Source: Dicyema japonicum (taxonomy: Eukaryota > Animalia > Dicyemida). From it: a DNA stretch of 64,000 bases. Position numbers and translations under genes: made by a program. Of this stretch, positions 62,201-64,000 are shown piece by piece (positions within the stretch are counted from its first letter, which is position 1; each line of letters starts with the position of its first letter). The stretch covers positions 326,588-390,587 of the forward strand of contig RDEW01000008.1 of assembly GCA_011109175.1 (NCBI GenBank), written 5' to 3'. Below the pieces are notes generated by a model. It was not told the origin of the DNA, did no database searches, and saw only the letters and a list, made by a program, of their open reading frames with translations.

Positions 62201-63427
62201 TTTGGAATTGTTCATTGAATGTCTTATTCTGTTACGTATTACTGTCTGTGGTAACTTTATTTGCCTAACTTAAAGAAAATGAATTTTACAAAACTCAAAA
62301 CAAATTATTATCAGGCATTTTGTGCATTCATTTTAGATGTTAGAATTTTAGTAAAAGAAATCGTACAATTTTGGCAAAGTTATCCCATTCTCTTCGTCAC
62401 TTTGGATTTGATTACTTTAATAAGGAACCTGTGGCCGAATGGAAGTGATGAACATACAAACCTGGCTGAATGTCTTCTCAGTATAAGAAATCGTACAATT
62501 TTGGCAAAATTATCCCATTCTCTTCGTCACTTTGGATTTGATTACTTTAATAAGGAACCTGTGGCCGAATGGAAGTGATGAACATACAAACCTGGCTGAA
62601 TGTCTTCTCAGTATAGACTACAACGATAAATCATCAAAAACAGTAAAAATAAGACGACAGATTTCCTCAGAGTTACTAAAGTTATTGGTAAATCATATTT
62701 AGCATTTATATTAAAATTACTGGAGATTTTCCCCTTCAGACATACTCTAGACTTCAAGAAATAACTAAAATGGTGGTTTCTTGGTATTTGAATGTACCCA
62801 CCAACGTTTCCTACCCTCTACTTTCAAGGTTGTGAAATATATTAGTTTAGTGAGACTTTTGAGTCATTTTACAAGACTATTTGCGAATTGATTGTAAAGG
62901 CTGCTAATGTAACTAATGGAACAGATTCATGGGACTCTCTAGCGAATACATTTTCTGTTTTAGTGGATATTTTGCGTTCACAGAAAACAAGTCGACAATG
63001 GAGTGTCCTGGTTGGCACTTTGATTAGACAAAGCTGTCGGATTGTCTCTGCTTTTCGACGAAATTTTTTGACAAAACATTTACTTTCAGCCTTTTCTGAC
63101 TCTAATAGTCCTGAAAGCCTTATTCTGTCGTCTTTTCAGAAGACTACTCGAAGACTTCATCAACTGTGCGCTCATTTTAAGGTATTTGCAGTTTGTCAAT
63201 GTCAGTTAAGTCGAGATAATAAATTGTCAGCCTATGTACCTCCTATGAAAAGAGAGTTGGAGGGATTTCTGCTTGATGTGAAGAGGATATTTACACGCGG
63301 ATCCTCTGTTGGAGCCTTTTCTGTTGGGAATTTGAAGCATAGGAGTGTTTTCAGTGGAGATGTAATTTCGTCTCAAATTCCTCCCGAAGATGATGTCGAC
63401 AGCGTTGGAAGTATTGATGATTTATAA
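59251..63427 (+). CDS. FANCD2: Fanconi anemia group D2 protein, about 17 tiny introns, with in-frame stops; functional status uncertain
   Basis: NLLRLLL, LLNQLKWL, LSSLPEI, FDFFILLIFYS, KRMDSIVDL, YPLLS|ETF, and the diagnostic C-terminus FQKTTRRLHQLCAHFK|..VPPMKRELE..AFSVGNLKHR..G..ISSQ. Start codon uncertain. A 130-nt tandem duplication lies at 62356-62615. Confidence 0.88.
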
Positions 63428-64000
63428 TTTTTTCTTAAAATTAAATTTTCACAGAATTAATGACAATTCTCTTTTTTGGTCAAATGGAATCGATAGGGCT
63501 TGCAAAATTTGATGGTTTTTTATTTTTATTATCAGCACGATCTAAAAATATTGAAATTCTTTTTTGCCGTCCAGATCTGACCAATTAACTTTTCCATAGT
63601 CTTATATTTCGCTCCCCTTTTTAGGAAATTGGCATTGAAAACAACTTGAAAATTTGTTTTGGATTTGTGTCTTTTTTGAGACGTAACTCTCTTTCAAACC
63701 TCATACAGTTACTTTGCAAAAGCTAAATCTTTACAACTGAAAAAATATGAAACAACGTATGTGGTCTTCAATTGTCCCCACTTCCGAACGAAAGTGCCTT
63801 CTCTCATCTCTGCAGAGGAATCTGATTAAAGATGGGAATTTTGGGACCAATCAGTTTTCTGTTTGTTTTGATCAGGATAAGCTGACATGGTTTTTATATT
63901 CCTCACAAATGCGGCAAAATCCGGATCCATATTTACGGGTCGTAACTTTCTTAAATAGGTGATTGATATCCAATAATGAAGATAATTGATCTAATTAATG

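Noticed and set aside
62356-62615. 130-nt exonic tandem duplication that frameshifts FANCD2
   Set aside because: Same pattern as the many bubble duplications elsewhere, so it was treated as an assembly artefact and not counted as a lesion.
63747-63962. PIF1/Helitron helicase fragment (MRQ..DP)
   Set aside because: A single weak motif with no Walker A or other helicase motifs before the window ends.
1-64000. Microsporidian or ciliate origin of the scaffold
   Set aside because: Mitochondrial GOT2, MPV17L2 and MIX23 plus dense animal-like intron positions argue against microsporidia. Nearly all Gln codons are CAR and TAA ends genes, unlike a standard ciliate code.

Overview
AT-rich eukaryotic nuclear scaffold, not prokaryotic, with N gaps. 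I spliced seven host genes by hand: MIX23/CCDC58, SKIV2L/SKI2, mitochondrial GOT2, PDS5, MPV17L2-like, DHDDS and FANCD2. Together they cover about a quarter of the window. They carry roughly 70 tiny spliceosomal introns, mostly 20-28 nt, many at positions and phases that match the human genes as I recall them. This points to a highly derived, reduced animal such as a myxozoan (inference). The rest is a nested graveyard of non-LTR retrotransposons (RTE, I/Jockey-group, R4/Dong-like and CRE-like carrying a PHD finger), a tRNA-derived SINE-like family, and hAT and pogo/Tigger remnants. The main anomaly is that four otherwise well-conserved genes (SKI2, PDS5, DHDDS, FANCD2) contain clustered in-frame TAA/TAG/TGA codons and non-canonical splice sites (GT-GG, AT-AG, GT-AA, TT/GG-AG) at positions where homology predicts ordinary residues and introns. 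GOT2, MIX23 and MPV17L2 are clean. Stop-codon recoding, restorative RNA editing, a decaying allele and assembly error are the competing explanations, and the sequence alone cannot separate them. All homology calls come from motif recognition from memory; no searches were run. TE boundaries are approximate.
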